Part shown: in pieces, positions 61,448-64,000 of the stretch | How positions within the stretch are numbered: position 1 is the stretch's first letter | How the letters are laid out: each line of letters opens with the position of its first letter | Assembly (NCBI GenBank): GCA_029261195.1 | Contig: JAJDBU010000028.1 | Coordinates: forward strand, 2,650 to 66,649 | DNA length: 64,000 nucleotides | Source of the DNA: Nitrospirota bacterium | GTDB lineage: Bacteria; Nitrospirota; Nitrospiria; SBBL01; JAADHI01 | Reading direction: 5' to 3' | The notes under the pieces: generated by a model | What the model saw: the letters and a program-made list of their open reading frames with translations, nothing else | Database searches by the model: none | Told to the model about the DNA's origin: nothing | Translations under genes and position numbers: made by a program

Positions 61448-64000
61448 TTACACAAGCTCATGAACGTAGATCCCCCCTAAGCCCTTCATCTTGGCCGCGT
61501 CATTCACAATTTGCCGATGGTGGGTAAAGAGGATGACCTGGTTCTTTTGGGCCAAGTCGGACAAGGCCGCAAGTGTTGCGCGTGATCGATCATCATCAAA
61601 ATTGATTAAAATATCATCAACAATAAAGGGAATAGCTTCGCTTGATTTCAGGCGGCTATGAACAATCGCTAAACGCAAAGCGAGGTAAAGCTGATCTCGC
61701 GTACCGGTGCTCATCGCCTCAACCGGCAAACGTCCACCATTAGGACGCAGACCCATTAAAATCACCACGCCCTTGTCATTGATATCCGTGCGGATTTCCG
61801 AAAAAGAGCCCGTCGTCAATTTTGAAAAATAGGTCGATGCGATACAAAGCACCGGCCCCTGATGTTCGCTGCGGTAGCGATCAATCTCTTCATGCAGCAA
61901 AGTTGAGGCAAGCTTAAGCCGGACATATTGGTTTGCCATGCGCCCGATCCCAGCCAAAACCTGCTCAGCGGATGCGGCAGCTTCTGCGGCTTCGGCACTG
62001 CCATCCATCTGCCTGAGAGATTTGCGTTCATCGCCGATTGCCTCTGAGAGCCGAAGGACTTCCGGGTCCAGTATTTCTTCGATCTCCCTTGTAATGGCGG
62101 CGATCTCATCCGGCAAGCCCTCTGCCTGCACCGCTTCGGCTTGAGCGACAAGCGTCTCTATGGATTCACCTTCGGAGAGTCGTTGCAAGGTCGTTTCCAA
62201 ATCACTCAGCTTTTCTTTCCATTTCACAAAGGCTTTTGATTTTGAAATCGCTTCCTCTAAGCGCTCCGGGTTTTTACAGTCCGCATCCCGCACATGCGCT
62301 TGCATCTGTAGTTCTTTATCGTTCAAATCGCTATCAAGCTCACGGATTTCTTCTTTAACCTTAGAGGTTTCAAATTGGTTTTTCTCTTGTAAGGCGAGGG
62401 CCTGATTTGCTTTTTTCTGCATGTTGTGGAGCTGAATCACAGCATGTTCCAATGCCTGATTGAGCAAGTCCGACGCAACACGGCCCAGCACGGCCTTGAT
62501 CTCTGTTTCGTAAGCGGCTGTATCTCGATCAATGCCTTTGATGCGGGAGGAAAAGTCATCTGCCTCCTTAAGTTTGTTGAAACAGGCTTGCAGGTTTTCC
62601 AGGATATCCGATGCCTCAGCGGGTGAGAGTCGATCCTGCAGGGGGACGCCCTCCAGCGCTTCCTTCCACTGAAGCTGCCATTCCTGCAAGGCACGTTTTG
62701 AGATGACCAGTGTGTCTTCGAGTTCCCTGTGGCGCTTTCGAGCCGCTTCACCTTTTTCCTCTAGCTGTTCCCGTTTGGAATGATTGCTGTGGATGGCATC
62801 CACTAGGGCTTCACTGAACATAATGAGAGGCGCAAGATCCTCTCCCTGAAAATCGCTTTCCTTCCCCAGATTATTTAAACAACTTCTTAATGTCTGTGAT
62901 AATTGTGCTCGATCCTTCCTTTTTCCCTGGAGTACCTGTTCTTTTTTTTCCAGTTCATCCACCCTGAAACGCAGCTTGTCGATCTGATTCAACCAGGAGC
63001 GCATTTCTCTTGGAGAAAGGGGAGTGATCTTGTTTTTTTGCCATAAATGCAGCCACTTTTCCTGTCCCAGATTATAGGTCGCCGCGAGCGCCGTTTCTTT
63101 TTCCCCTTCAATTTTCAGCACACCTTCCAAGCTTTCAATTTCAGCTTTTAAATCTGTAAATGCGGCGACACGGTCGGCTTCCCTGCGCAGCCTGTCTGCA
63201 AGCCGGTCTGCATCTACCATCTGTTTTTCAAAGGCTTCCGGGAGTTTAGATTCGGCATCGTAGATCGCGGCTTCTGCCCGGACATCTTCTCCCTTAAGCC
63301 ATGCACGCCGGATTAAATGCCACCCCTCTTTCCGTTTTTTCCGTCGCTTTGCCAGTTCGGCCTCAGTCGGCACTTCACCGGCATAGGCCATTTTTTTGAT
63401 TCTATTTCCAGCTTGCCTTAACTTTGCTTCAGTCTCATCAATCCTTTTTTTAATCTGTTTCTTATTTTCATTGAGTTCATCAAAGCGATGTTCAAAGCCT
63501 TTGACTGTTTCTTCTAGAGGGAGAGAGAGATGACTTAGACCTTGCAGACTTCCGAGCCAAAGCCCTATCCGCTTGAGCGTATCTGAGCATCGTTTCTTTT
63601 CGGCCTCAATTGCCTCTCGATTTGCTTTAATCTGTTCATCCAGATCACCCGCTTTCATCGCAAGTTTAAGCGATTGGACTAGAGGGCCAATCTCCTGTTG
63701 CGGTGAGTGTTGAGATAGCTGCATTTTAATCTCTTCTTGCTCTCGAATATTTTGCTGAAGCCTGTTGTTACTTTCAGAGACCTGTAGCACGCGGGCTTCA
63801 TGCATCGCACTCAAGCTTTGCACTCTTTTTTTTCTGAGTAAAACCGGACGTAAACGCTCAATTTCTTCAAGGGCTAAGTCAGGATGAATGCGTTCTAAGA
63901 GGTCACGGGCCTCTCTTTGGCAACTGCTGTAGCTAGCCTCCAATCGTGGCCTATCCTTCATCCCTTTTTTATACTCTCCCAGCCGTTGGTGGAGGGAGGT
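61448..64000 (-). CDS. YhaN/SbcC-like coiled-coil AAA ATPase; 5' end off the right edge
   Basis: The frame is open from 63961 to 64000 (TSLHQRLGEYKKG-MKDRP...), so the listed Met is internal. Long coiled coil. C-terminal ABC-type signature and Walker B: MSTGTRDQLYLALRLAI ... IPFIVDDILINFDDDR ... ILFTHH. Confidence 0.8.
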   Translation of the reverse strand, partial: TSLHQRLGEYKKGMKDRPRLEASYSSCQREARDLLERIHPDLALEEIERLRPVLLRKKRVQSLSAMHEARVLQVSESNNRLQQNIREQEEIKMQLSQHSPQQEIGPLVQSLKLAMKAGDLDEQIKANREAIEAEKKRCSDTLKRIGLWLGSLQGLSHLSLPLEETVKGFEHRFDELNENKKQIKKRIDETEAKLRQAGNRIKKMAYAGEVPTEAELAKRRKKRKEGWHLIRRAWLKGEDVRAEAAIYDAESKLPEAFEKQMVDADRLADRLRREADRVAAFTDLKAEIESLEGVLKIEGEKETALAATYNLGQEKWLHLWQKNKITPLSPREMRSWLNQIDKLRFRVDELEKKEQVLQGKRKDRAQLSQTLRSCLNNLGKESDFQGEDLAPLIMFSEALVDAIHSNHSKREQLEEKGEAARKRHRELEDTLVISKRALQEWQLQWKEALEGVPLQDRLSPAEASDILENLQACFNKLKEADDFSSRIKGIDRDTAAYETEIKAVLGRVASDLLNQALEHAVIQLHNMQKKANQALALQEKNQFETSKVKEEIRELDSDLNDKELQMQAHVRDADCKNPERLEEAISKSKAFVKWKEKLSDLETTLQRLSEGESIETLVAQAEAVQAEGLPDEIAAITREIEEILDPEVLRLSEAIGDERKSLRQMDGSAEAAEAAASAEQVLAGIGRMANQYVRLKLASTLLHEEIDRYRSEHQGPVLCIASTYFSKLTTGSFSEIRTDINDKGVVILMGLRPNGGRLPVEAMSTGTRDQLYLALRLAIVHSRLKSSEAIPFIVDDILINFDDDRSRATLAALSDLAQKNQVILFTHHRQIVNDAAKMKGLGGIYVHELV

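Noticed and set aside
1-64000. CRISPR arrays, tRNA and rRNA genes, reverse transcriptase, retron or DGR signatures.
   Set aside because: I inspected every intergenic gap longer than 100 nt and found no spaced direct-repeat array, no cloverleaf-compatible sequence and no RT motif (YxDD) ORF.

Overview
Bacterial chromosomal window with about 60 genes, one tmRNA, and no rRNA, tRNA or CRISPR array. All calls come from my own reading of the sequence and ORF track plus remembered family motifs. No database search was possible, and start codons are approximate.

(1) Positions 1-10854 form a composite integrative island at the 3' end of ssrA (tmRNA, 10855-11202, minus strand, tag ANEPLALAA), which lies next to smpB. 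The island holds:
- an intact P4/CP4-57-type integrase;
- a decayed 3' fragment of a second P4-type integrase;
- an orphan 207-aa gene;
- an alpA / HTH-Zn-ribbon / tyrosine-recombinase operon;
- a complete type I R-M operon (hsdR-hsdM-hsdS). Its HsdS has an unexplained C-terminal extension of at least 125 aa that is still open at position 1.

(2) Positions 11-17 kb contain smpB, a DUF721 gene, several small unknown genes, an IS256-family transposase relic, dut, a SWIB-domain gene and an S4-domain gene. The 5' end of one unknown gene recurs in inverted orientation 3.2 kb away.

(3) Positions 17-64 kb are mostly core genes:
- SagB-type dehydrogenase and YyaL;
- a double-FHA sigma54 activator flanked by two lipoprotein genes;
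- Grx/BolA;
- an orphan three-gene DsrE-fold operon;
- trxA-recN and an aldehyde dehydrogenase;
- two REC-PAS-GGDEF-EAL proteins;
- radA, an MntA/HepT toxin-antitoxin pair, tsaB-rimI, tatA-tatC;
- two decayed histidine-kinase genes, an M48 protease, smc;
- a tandem TRL lipoprotein pair, pgpA-cinA, a thpR relic;
- a two-gene TPR/beta-barrel plus processive GT2 module;
- a partial YhaN/SbcC-like ATPase.

I cannot point to one unambiguous new system. The best candidates for follow-up are:
- the island cargo (the extended HsdS, the alpA/HTH-Zn/recombinase module and the 207-aa orphan);
- the minimal TPR-porin + GT2 exopolysaccharide-like pair;
- the orphan DsrE-fold trio;
- the inverted paralogous segment around 13.4-16.8 kb.

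Gene decay is frequent in this window: integrase, IS256 transposase, a paralog fragment, two histidine kinases and thpR.
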